From positions 16,335 through 48,334 of the forward strand of contig CAYPDC010000004.1 of the NCBI GenBank assembly GCA_964409355.1: a stretch of DNA of 32,000 bases, in the 5' to 3' direction. The DNA is from an uncultured Cyanobacterium sp. Its GTDB lineage: Bacteria > Cyanobacteriota > Cyanobacteriia > Cyanobacteriales > Cyanobacteriaceae. How positions within the stretch are numbered: position 1 is the stretch's first letter; each line of letters starts with the position of its first letter. Shown piece by piece: positions 19,981 through 26,462 of this stretch. Below the pieces are notes generated by a model. It was not told the DNA's origin. It saw only the letters and a list, made by a program, of their open reading frames with translations, and made no database searches. The translations under genes and the position numbers were made by a program.

Positions 19981-20048
19981 TTGAGTTTGGGGTTTGGAGT
20001 TAAGCTCGAAGATAGAGAAGCACGAAAGATGGATGGGGGAATCTATAA

Positions 20049-20077
20049 ATAGGGGTTGAATCTTATTCAACCCCTAT
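20049..20077. terminator. Bidirectional hairpin between convergent hemA and apcC
   Basis: ATAGGGGTTGAAT-ctt-ATTCAACCCCTAT forms a 13-bp perfect stem. T-rich sequence follows on the plus strand and AT-rich sequence on the minus strand. Confidence 0.6.
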
Positions 20078-20186
20078 AAACCTTTTATTTTATATTTTAA
20101 ATCGTTAGTTTTAGTGCAAAAAAATAAGAGTAGAATAACCTTCCACCCTCATTCATGATTAGATTGAAAAACAACCTTATGTATTC

Positions 20187-20390
20187 TTATTTTAAACCAG
20201 TATTAGTACCGGGACGACCAGTAGCTAATTCAACTTTAACAATAGAGCCACCCATTTTCTGGATTCTTTGTTGTTCTTTGAACCAGTTTTCGTAGGGAAC
20301 TAATTTGGTAAAATAGGTGTTTTGTAATTCTCTTTGAGTTCTGATTCTGGTTTGACTTGGTACACAAGCAGTTACTTTAAACATTCTCAT
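20187..20390 (-). CDS. apcC: Phycobilisome core linker LC7.8
   Basis: 67 aa. MRMFKVTACVPSQTRIRTQRELQNTYFTKLVPYENWFKEQQRIQKMGG is typical ApcC. It lies downstream of apcAB. Confidence 0.93.
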   Translation of the reverse strand: MRMFKVTACVPSQTRIRTQRELQNTYFTKLVPYENWFKEQQRIQKMGGSIVKVELATGRPGTNTGLK

Positions 20391-20613
20391 GGGGCAATGC
20401 TCCTTAAATAGTTATTAAAAACTTTAAACTATATCTAAAAAAAATTATTTGTAAAATCTTATCTATTTATGGCACGGTTAGGAGTCAAGAGTCAATGCTA
20501 AATCAACAAAGCCAAAAAGAGGTTCAATTAAACTAGCACTCACTCTGGACATTCCTAACCTTAATAGTTAAGCCTTAAGCGACAAAATGACTAATGGATA
20601 ATCGATCGTCAAA

Positions 20614-21099
20614 TTAGCTTAAGCCAGAGCAAATGTAGTCGAAGTAAACACCCATTTCTTTACCAGCGTCAGCACCGACTAAACTAGCGGTAACTTCTTT
20701 CATAGCTTGGATAGCTTGAATGGTGGAGCTAATGGGTACACCTAAAGAGTTGTAGGTTTCTTTTAAACCGTTTAATACGCGCTCATCTAAGATAGAAGCA
20801 TCACCAGCTAACATTGCATAAGTAGCATAACGGAGATAGTAGTCTAAGTCACGGATACAAGCAGCGTAACGACGGGTGGTGTACATATTGCCACCGGGAC
20901 GGGTTACGTCGGAGTATAATAAGGATTTAGCTACAGCTTCTTTCACGATCGTAGCAGCGTTTGCACTGATTACACTAGCGGCACGAACACGGAGTTGTCC
21001 TGTTTGGAAGTAGGTTTTGAGTTTGCCTAAAGAACCAGCGTCGAGGTATTTACCTTGTACGTCAGAAGAGTTGATTACAGCAGTAATTGCGTCTTGCAT
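20614..21099 (-). CDS. apcB: Allophycocyanin beta subunit
   Basis: 161 aa. [20 protein letters not shown]...[22 protein letters not shown] matches ApcB. Confidence 0.96.
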   Translation of the reverse strand: MQDAITAVINSSDVQGKYLDAGSLGKLKTYFQTGQLRVRAASVISANAATIVKEAVAKSLLYSDVTRPGGNMYTTRRYAACIRDLDYYLRYATYAMLAGDASILDERVLNGLKETYNSLGVPISSTIQAIQAMKEVTASLVGADAGKEMGVYFDYICSGLS

Positions 21100-21207
21100 T
21101 GTTATTTCCTTTGTTTACTTAAATGAACTTTTGCTTACTGTTTGAGCAGTGTAAAATTATGGGTTAAATAGGAGAGAACGAAATTAATTATTAATTAAAT
21201 TCTAATC

Positions 21208-21693
21208 CTATTGCATAGCACCGATAACGTAGTCGAAGTAAGTACCAGCTTCGGAAGCATCTTCAGCAGACATTAAAGCGGTAGCAACTTCTTTCATTTC
21301 ACGCACACTTTGAGATACAGCACCGACGTCAGTACCCAAAGATTTGTACATTTCTTTTACACCCACTAAACCGATTTCTTCGATGGGGGTGACATCACCA
21401 GCCACTACACCATAGGAGATTAAACGTAGGTAGTAGTCCATGTCACGTAAGCAAGTAGCGGTCATTTCTTCGCCGTAAGCGTTTCCGCCGGGAGATACAA
21501 CATCAGGACGTTTTTGGAAGAGGCGATCGCCCGCTTCTTTAACGATACGCTCACGAGCACCAGTTAAGGTTTCAGCGATGCGTAAACGGGTTTCACCGGA
21601 GGTAACGAATGCTTTGATTCTGTCTAACTCACCGGGGCTTAAATAACGTGCTTCTGCGTCAGCATTCACGATGGATTTCGTGACAATACTCAT
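21208..21693 (-). CDS. apcA: Allophycocyanin alpha subunit
   Basis: 161 aa. [29 protein letters not shown]...[22 protein letters not shown] matches ApcA. A GGAGGA SD sequence lies 7 nt upstream. Confidence 0.96.
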   Translation of the reverse strand: MSIVTKSIVNADAEARYLSPGELDRIKAFVTSGETRLRIAETLTGARERIVKEAGDRLFQKRPDVVSPGGNAYGEEMTATCLRDMDYYLRLISYGVVAGDVTPIEEIGLVGVKEMYKSLGTDVGAVSQSVREMKEVATALMSAEDASEAGTYFDYVIGAMQ

Positions 21694-22062
21694 TTATGGA
21701 TTCCTCCAAATAATTGATTAAATACTATTTTTTTATTAAACCAGAAATTCCGTTAAGCAGGTCTGGCATAAGCAAAAACCTTGACCAATTTCTGGCTAGG
21801 GTTTTCCGCTTCCAATCAGTATAACCTTTTAAGGTTATTTTTACTGACTATTTTTTGTTCAGAGGCTTAACATCTCTTCGCTGATCATTTTGCGATATGA
21901 TGTCACCCTTCGCCTCATTTTCTTAACACTTTTTAACATTTAATTTAATATCTTCTATCGAATCACGTCTTCGGCTCAAGATAGTTGTATCAAACTCAGG
22001 TAAAATTGATCATAAAATAAACTGTCGGAAATATATTTTAATTGCTATTTACCAGAGGTTTC

Positions 22063-22794
22063 ATGAAAAAAATATTTGTGTTCTTGGCTTTGTTGATCTG
22101 TTTAACTGGTTGTGTACGCTATGATGTCGGTATCGAATTTCCTCAAGCCAACAGTGGTACAATGATTCAACACATTAAATTAGGGGAACAATTAACTAAC
22201 TTTAGTGAGAAGGAAGCTAGTAATTGGTTAAACAGTATTGAACGTCGTGCTTTTAAATTACATGGTAAAAGTAAACGCATTTCTCCTGAAGAATTAGTCG
22301 TAAGTATTCCCTTCAATAATGGTCAAGATTTAGTCAAAAAATTTAATCAGTTTTTTATTCCTGAATTAACTAAAAATTCTCAGAAAAGTCAAGTAGATAA
22401 TGATTCTAATAGTCTTTTCGACCTGTCTGCAAAAATGTCTATTAATCAAAATAATTTATTTTTGATCGAGAGAAATATCCTTAATTTTAACGCAGATTTA
22501 ACTCCTTTAGGCGTAGTTTCTAGTGAAGGAAATATTATCATTTCTTCGGGAGACTTAATCGATTTACAGATTCAACTTAACTTTCCTTTTGGGGCAAAAA
22601 TACTCACTAATGAGTTTGCTACATGGGAGAAATTACCCAATCAACAATATCATATTCAGTTATCCGCAGGACAAGTTAATCAGTTAACCGCCATTTTTTG
22701 GCTTCCTAATTATATCGGTTTGGGTACAGGTGCGATCGCGCTTGTCATTCTTCTCGGATTCTATTTAAAATACCAAAAACTACCCTTAACTTAA
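22063..22794 (+). CDS. Conserved cyanobacterial lipoprotein with C-terminal TM anchor (DUF3153-like)
   Basis: MKKIFVFLALLICLTGC is a lipoprotein signal peptide. A C-terminal hydrophobic helix is present (GLGTGAIALVILLGFYL). I prefer the ATG at 22063 over the TTG at 22042. The DUF label is from memory and tentative. Confidence 0.6.
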   Translation: MKKIFVFLALLICLTGCVRYDVGIEFPQANSGTMIQHIKLGEQLTNFSEKEASNWLNSIERRAFKLHGKSKRISPEELVVSIPFNNGQDLVKKFNQFFIPELTKNSQKSQVDNDSNSLFDLSAKMSINQNNLFLIERNILNFNADLTPLGVVSSEGNIIISSGDLIDLQIQLNFPFGAKILTNEFATWEKLPNQQYHIQLSAGQVNQLTAIFWLPNYIGLGTGAIALVILLGFYLKYQKLPLT

Positions 22795-22853
22795 AAATAT
22801 TTTCTATTTGAGGTTGCATTTCTTCAAAAAAAGAGTTATTATAGTATATGCGT

Positions 22854-22927
<74 letters not shown>

Positions 22928-22974
22928 TTTTTTAATCTTAGACATCTCCAGAGATTATTTTCGTTAGCTCGTAA

Positions 22975-22994
22975 GGGCATAATATATTATGCCC
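22975..22994. terminator. Perfect 20-nt palindrome GGGCATAATATATTATGCCC between tRNA-fMet and the dacB 3' end
   Basis: Read directly. Its position between convergent transcription units suggests a bidirectional terminator. Confidence 0.45.
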
Positions 22995-23035
22995 GTATTG
23001 GCTTCAGTCCTTAAAATGTCTATTATTAGGGGTGT

Positions 23036-24586
23036 CTATTGTATTGCTAGGCATTGATTTGAACTTGCCAAAATTTTAACCATATTATCAATAGTATCTC
23101 TTAATTCTCTACTGCTAGATACAGAGTTGTTGGCAATAATGGTAAAAATAAGTTTATTCTTATAATTAGCATATAGATAACCAGATAAAGCAGAAACCCC
23201 CGTTAAAGTCCCCGTTTTTGCCCACAAATTACCATTGAGATCATTTTCATTAACAAACCGATTTTTCAGAGTACCATTAACTCCAGCTAAACTAAGAGAA
23301 TTTCTAAAAATATCACCATAATTGCTATTTTCCATTAACTTTAATAAAGTTATTAAACTTTGAGGAGTAACTAAATTTTGACGGGATAAACCTGATCCAT
23401 CTTTCAATTTATAACCTTCTGAAGATATACCCAATGTGTCCAAGATTTTTTTCTGAGAAGTAAACTTATCCTCAGAGTCCGTTGCTAAATAATTTAATAA
23501 AATTTCTGCATATAAATTATTACTATCCTGATTAGTGACAGTAATTAACTCTTGAGTATTAGGTGATTGAATTTCTAATAATAAATCTGCATCATCTAAA
23601 TTAAAATTTTCCCTTTCATTTACAATATTTATCTCTCTTACTTTAATCTGGTTTTTAGCCAAAATGTCTATCAAAGAATCCTGAAAATATCGACTAGGAT
23701 TAGGAATCGATAACCGCCAATTATCATCTCTATTATCAATAGGTAAATTTCCTTGAATTTTTAACTTTGCTTCCAATCCTGTAGGATTTAAACTAATAGT
23801 ATATTTTTCATTTTCATTAACAGTAATTCCCTCATTAAGAATTAACCATTGTTTTCCTGCTAATTCATCTTCCCACTTTAAAACCACTACTTCATTGACT
23901 TTATTCGGAGTTAAAGTTAAAGTAACAGTATTTTCTTCTAAAATTAAACTATTAACAGGAACAGCATAATAAAAATATAAATCAGAAAATTCCCAACTAT
24001 TATTAAAGGGATATTCCATTAATTTATTTTCGATTAAAGTAATTTTATTGACATAGTTAATATTTAATTCTTTTAGTTTATTAACAATACTTTCTAAGTC
24101 AGATTTTTGGAAACTAGGATCGCCCTTTCCCCAAATAATTAATTCTTCTATTTCTTTCCCATTTTTTATTATATAAACTGGAGTCTTTATCTTAAAATCA
24201 TCCCCTAATTTCAATAAAAAAGCGGCGGTTGTAAACAATTTTGTATTAGAGGCAGGAATAAAATATTTATCCTCATTTAACTTATATAAAATCTGACTAT
24301 TTTCAATATTTTCTACTAAAATTCCCCAATTTTCCTTACTTCTTTCTGGTTGTTTGATAATGTCATCCATGGCAGACACTAAATCTTGAATACAAACTTG
24401 ATTATGATTATCTTCTAATAATTCTTTTGTTTGTGCCTGACTAATTAAATTCTGCGAAAATAAGCTATAAATACTAAAACAAGTAGAAAGTAATATGCTT
24501 TTAAATTCTAATGGATTTTTCATCGATAAAAGTTTTATATATACAACAAAAAAATGTCGAGGAATGAATCTTCGACACTCAATCAT
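23036..24586 (-). CDS. dacB: D-alanyl-D-alanine carboxypeptidase/endopeptidase, PBP4 (peptidase S13)
   Basis: It has the SxxK motif (PASNTKLFT), the SxN motif (DSNNLYAE) and the KTG motif (AKTGTLTGVSALSGY). The internal ATG at 24523 (MKNPLEFKSILLSTCF..., signal-peptide-like) is a plausible true start. Confidence 0.88.
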   Translation of the reverse strand: MIECRRFIPRHFFVVYIKLLSMKNPLEFKSILLSTCFSIYSLFSQNLISQAQTKELLEDNHNQVCIQDLVSAMDDIIKQPERSKENWGILVENIENSQILYKLNEDKYFIPASNTKLFTTAAFLLKLGDDFKIKTPVYIIKNGKEIEELIIWGKGDPSFQKSDLESIVNKLKELNINYVNKITLIENKLMEYPFNNSWEFSDLYFYYAVPVNSLILEENTVTLTLTPNKVNEVVVLKWEDELAGKQWLILNEGITVNENEKYTISLNPTGLEAKLKIQGNLPIDNRDDNWRLSIPNPSRYFQDSLIDILAKNQIKVREINIVNERENFNLDDADLLLEIQSPNTQELITVTNQDSNNLYAEILLNYLATDSEDKFTSQKKILDTLGISSEGYKLKDGSGLSRQNLVTPQSLITLLKLMENSNYGDIFRNSLSLAGVNGTLKNRFVNENDLNGNLWAKTGTLTGVSALSGYLYANYKNKLIFTIIANNSVSSSRELRDTIDNMVKILASSNQCLAIQ

Positions 24587-24668
24587 TATATTATTCTTTT
24601 ATTCACAACCCATATTAGGGATTGAATTATCTTCAAACCGCCTATTTACAGCACTTTTTGAGTAGTGC

Positions 24669-24821
24669 CTATTTAGTATAATAACGTTTTTCTGCTTCTA
24701 GCTGTTGAACTAAGGCATTTTGTCCATTTGCTTTCGCAACTTCTAAACGATGCTCTAAACTTTTGAGTAAGTTTGTTCTGTGAGCTTGACGTGCATTTTC
24801 AAGAGCTTTTTGACTAATCAT
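24669..24821 (-). CDS. 50-aa helical small protein, possibly PirA-like (PII-interacting regulator of arginine synthesis); not in ORF track
   Basis: Hand translation gives MISQKALENARQAHRTNLLKSLEHRLEVAKANGQNALVQQLEAEKRYYTK. An AGGAG SD sequence lies 8 nt upstream of the ATG (24830-24834). The A..AH...L...LEHRLEVA.A.G...L..QLEAE pattern matches my recollection of the PirA (Ssr0692) family, but I cannot verify this here. Confidence 0.6.
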   Translation of the reverse strand: MISQKALENARQAHRTNLLKSLEHRLEVAKANGQNALVQQLEAEKRYYTK

Positions 24822-25029
24822 TTTCTTTTCTCCTATATTATTTAATATTATTTAACAATAGACTTCTCCAAAAATAATAGTTTTTGAACAGTATTTCGGG
24901 CTTCTAGCCCGATTGATGGAGATGTCTAATAATTATGAGAGGAAATGCGAATAAAGTGCGATCGCAAAGGAATTTACTACGCAGCACGCACCTCAGCAAT
25001 CCTCCCATGCAAAAACCCGTTATTATCTA

Positions 25030-25176
25030 CTATTGAAGTCCGACTTGTTCAGACACTCTTTCCAACATAGTAGCCTGACGATGACTTTTCCGTTGACGAC
25101 TATCAACCATTAATAAACGAGCTTGTTGACCGATGGAACTGATATTATTGGTAGTCTGATTTAATTTAGCGTTCAT
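25030..25176 (-). CDS. gifA: Glutamine synthetase inactivating factor, IF7-like (48 aa); not in ORF track
   Basis: Hand translation gives MNAKLNQTTNNISSIGQQARLLMVDSRQRKSHRQATMLERVSEQVGLQ. A strong GGAGG SD sequence lies 6 nt upstream. The QQAR.LM...R....R....ML.R...E.G core aligns with my recollection of Synechocystis IF7, including three spaced Arg residues. A glutamine riboswitch sits in its leader. Confidence 0.75.
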   Translation of the reverse strand: MNAKLNQTTNNISSIGQQARLLMVDSRQRKSHRQATMLERVSEQVGLQ

Positions 25177-25214
25177 GATTCGCCTCCTCTAAGTTTCGAT
25201 GAGTTTAGATTTGA

Positions 25215-25272
25215 GGCGCGTTCCTTCAGAAGGTGTTACTTCTTACTTCCGTCTGACTAATGCAGATGAACG
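25215..25272 (-). promoter_or_regulatory. Glutamine riboswitch (glnA RNA motif) in the gifA leader
   Basis: The minus strand reads CGUUCAUCU-GCAUUAGUCA-GACGGAAGUA-AGAAG-UAACAC-CUUCU-GAAGGAACG-CGCC. It contains the conserved CGUUCA, GACGGAAGUA and GAAGGAACGCGCC blocks. P1 forms as CGUUC/GAACG and the internal hairpin as AGAAG/CUUCU. Confidence 0.8.
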
Positions 25273-25290
25273 ATTTATCCTTACTCTTTT

Positions 25291-25320
25291 AATATAACTA
25301 AAAAGTATCAAATTTGACAA
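25291..25320 (-). promoter_or_regulatory. Sigma70-type promoter of gifA with an overlapping NtcA-like box
   Basis: On the minus strand, TTGTCA (25320-25315) is followed by an 18-nt spacer and TATATT (25296-25291). GTC-N8-TAC (GTCAAATTTGATAC, 25318-25305) overlaps the -35 element and spacer, one mismatch from the GTA-N8-TAC consensus. Confidence 0.5.
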
Positions 25321-25378
25321 CTTTTTTTTCTAACGAATTGTAAAGATTTTAGAAATTAGGGTGTTAGGGGAGTTTCTG

Positions 25379-25399
25379 AATTCTTAATTCTTAATTTCT
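25379..25399. repeat. Heptamer array AATTCTT AATTCTT AATTTCT next to the rpmF stop
   Basis: Read directly. It uses the same unit as 3087-3117. Confidence 0.8.
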
Positions 25400-25404
25400 C
25401 CTTC

Positions 25405-25581
25405 TTATTCCTCGGTTTCTTCTTCTTCTTTCGTGGAATAAACAAAGCTGTTTGCTTTACCCGTTAAAACAGATTTACCCAAAGATAGGGCTTTTTGAGC
25501 TTGTAATTCAGCTTTTTTGATCCAATGGGCGCGACGTTGATTACGTTTAGATTTAGAGGTTTTCTTCTTCGGTACTGCCAT
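25405..25581 (-). CDS. rpmF: 50S ribosomal protein L32 (58 aa); not in ORF track
   Basis: Hand translation gives [74 protein letters not shown] is the L32 signature. Confidence 0.93.
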   Translation of the reverse strand: MAVPKKKTSKSKRNQRRAHWIKKAELQAQKALSLGKSVLTGKANSFVYSTKEEEETEE

Positions 25582-25763
25582 AAGTTTTAATAAAAATAAT
25601 AGTTATTCTGTTTATTTACACAACTTCACTATTTTAACCATAGTTAATGGGTGCTGACAATATTCTTCTAGTTTTCCACAAAAAAAATAAATCAAACAGG
25701 TGTGGGATGAATACTTCTACTACGATCAGCACAAGTTTCTAGCAACAAAATAAACATTCTATC

Positions 25764-25972
25764 ACCTGAGTTCGGTATAAAATTTTAGGTGATGTAAAGG
25801 TATCGGGTGTCAGGTATTAGGTTCAAGAATTTATAAAAAATATATCTAAATCGATTTTATGATGTTCAATTCGGGATATTAAATATTTAATCTTCAGAAA
25901 AAAAACCGCCAAACCTGCTGCCTGATGCCTGAAACCTGCCTTTATACTATATTCTTGCATCGAACTGAGGTT
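25764..25972. mobile_element. MITE-like element C with inverted ACCT(G/C)AGTTCG(G/A)T termini
   Basis: The left end is ACCTGAGTTCGGTAT (25764-25778). The right end is the reverse complement of AACCTCAGTTCGATGC (ending at 25972). The interior carries heptamer-periodic CAGG/AGG arrays on both arms, for example cctgctg cctgatg cctgaaa cctgcc. Confidence 0.7.
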
Positions 25973-26057
25973 CTATCTAGTCACAATTTAGGAAATTGTG
26001 ATCAGTGTTGGTAGTTCACTGTAAAATATAAGGAGAAATAGTAGGTAAAAAATAGTA

Positions 26058-26399
26058 ATGACAGAAGTGAATAATCAAAAAACATTAGAGGCAATGAAAA
26101 ATTTTGCCGAACAATATGCCAAGCGTACGGGAACTTATTTTTGTGCTGAACCCTCTGTAACGGCTGTTGTAATACAAGGGTTGGCTCGTCATAAAGAAGA
26201 ATTGGGATCTCCTCTTTGTCCTTGTCGTCACTACGAAGATAAAGAAGCGGAGGTGAAAGATACCTTTTGGAATTGCCCTTGTGTTCCAATGAGAGAGCGC
26301 AAAGAATGTCACTGTATGTTGTTTATTACCCCAGACAATGAATTTGCGGGGGATAAGCAAGAAATTTCTTGGGAAGACTTAAATAGTGCTACCTATTAG
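26058..26399 (+). CDS. ftrC: Ferredoxin:thioredoxin reductase catalytic subunit
   Basis: 113 aa. The CPCRHY...WNCPCVPMRERKECHCMLF cysteine pattern is diagnostic. Confidence 0.94.
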   Translation: MTEVNNQKTLEAMKNFAEQYAKRTGTYFCAEPSVTAVVIQGLARHKEELGSPLCPCRHYEDKEAEVKDTFWNCPCVPMRERKECHCMLFITPDNEFAGDKQEISWEDLNSATY

Positions 26400-26462
26400 G
26401 TATCTCCAACTTAGGTAGTTAGGTAATTGTTGGTTTCTTGGTCTAAAATCATTTGAATATTA

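Noticed and set aside
22938-22950. 13-mer TTAGACATCTCCA after the tRNA, repeated (reverse complement) at 24917-24929
   Set aside because: A single shared 13-mer between two sites in a 32-kb AT-rich window, counting both strands, is within chance expectation. Only the local inverted pair at 24859-24928 is reported, and at low interest.
24587-26057. Possibility that the gene-poor 1.5-kb stretch is a genomic island or prophage remnant
   Set aside because: Hand translation fills it with rpmF, a gifA-like gene plus riboswitch, a small helical ORF and one MITE-like element. There is no integrase, no att-like duplication of the nearby tRNA and no compositional break that I can see.
26002-26360. Minus-strand ORFs 26002..26289 and 26085..26360
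   Set aside because: They are antisense to ftrC, whose identity is unambiguous from its cysteine motif.
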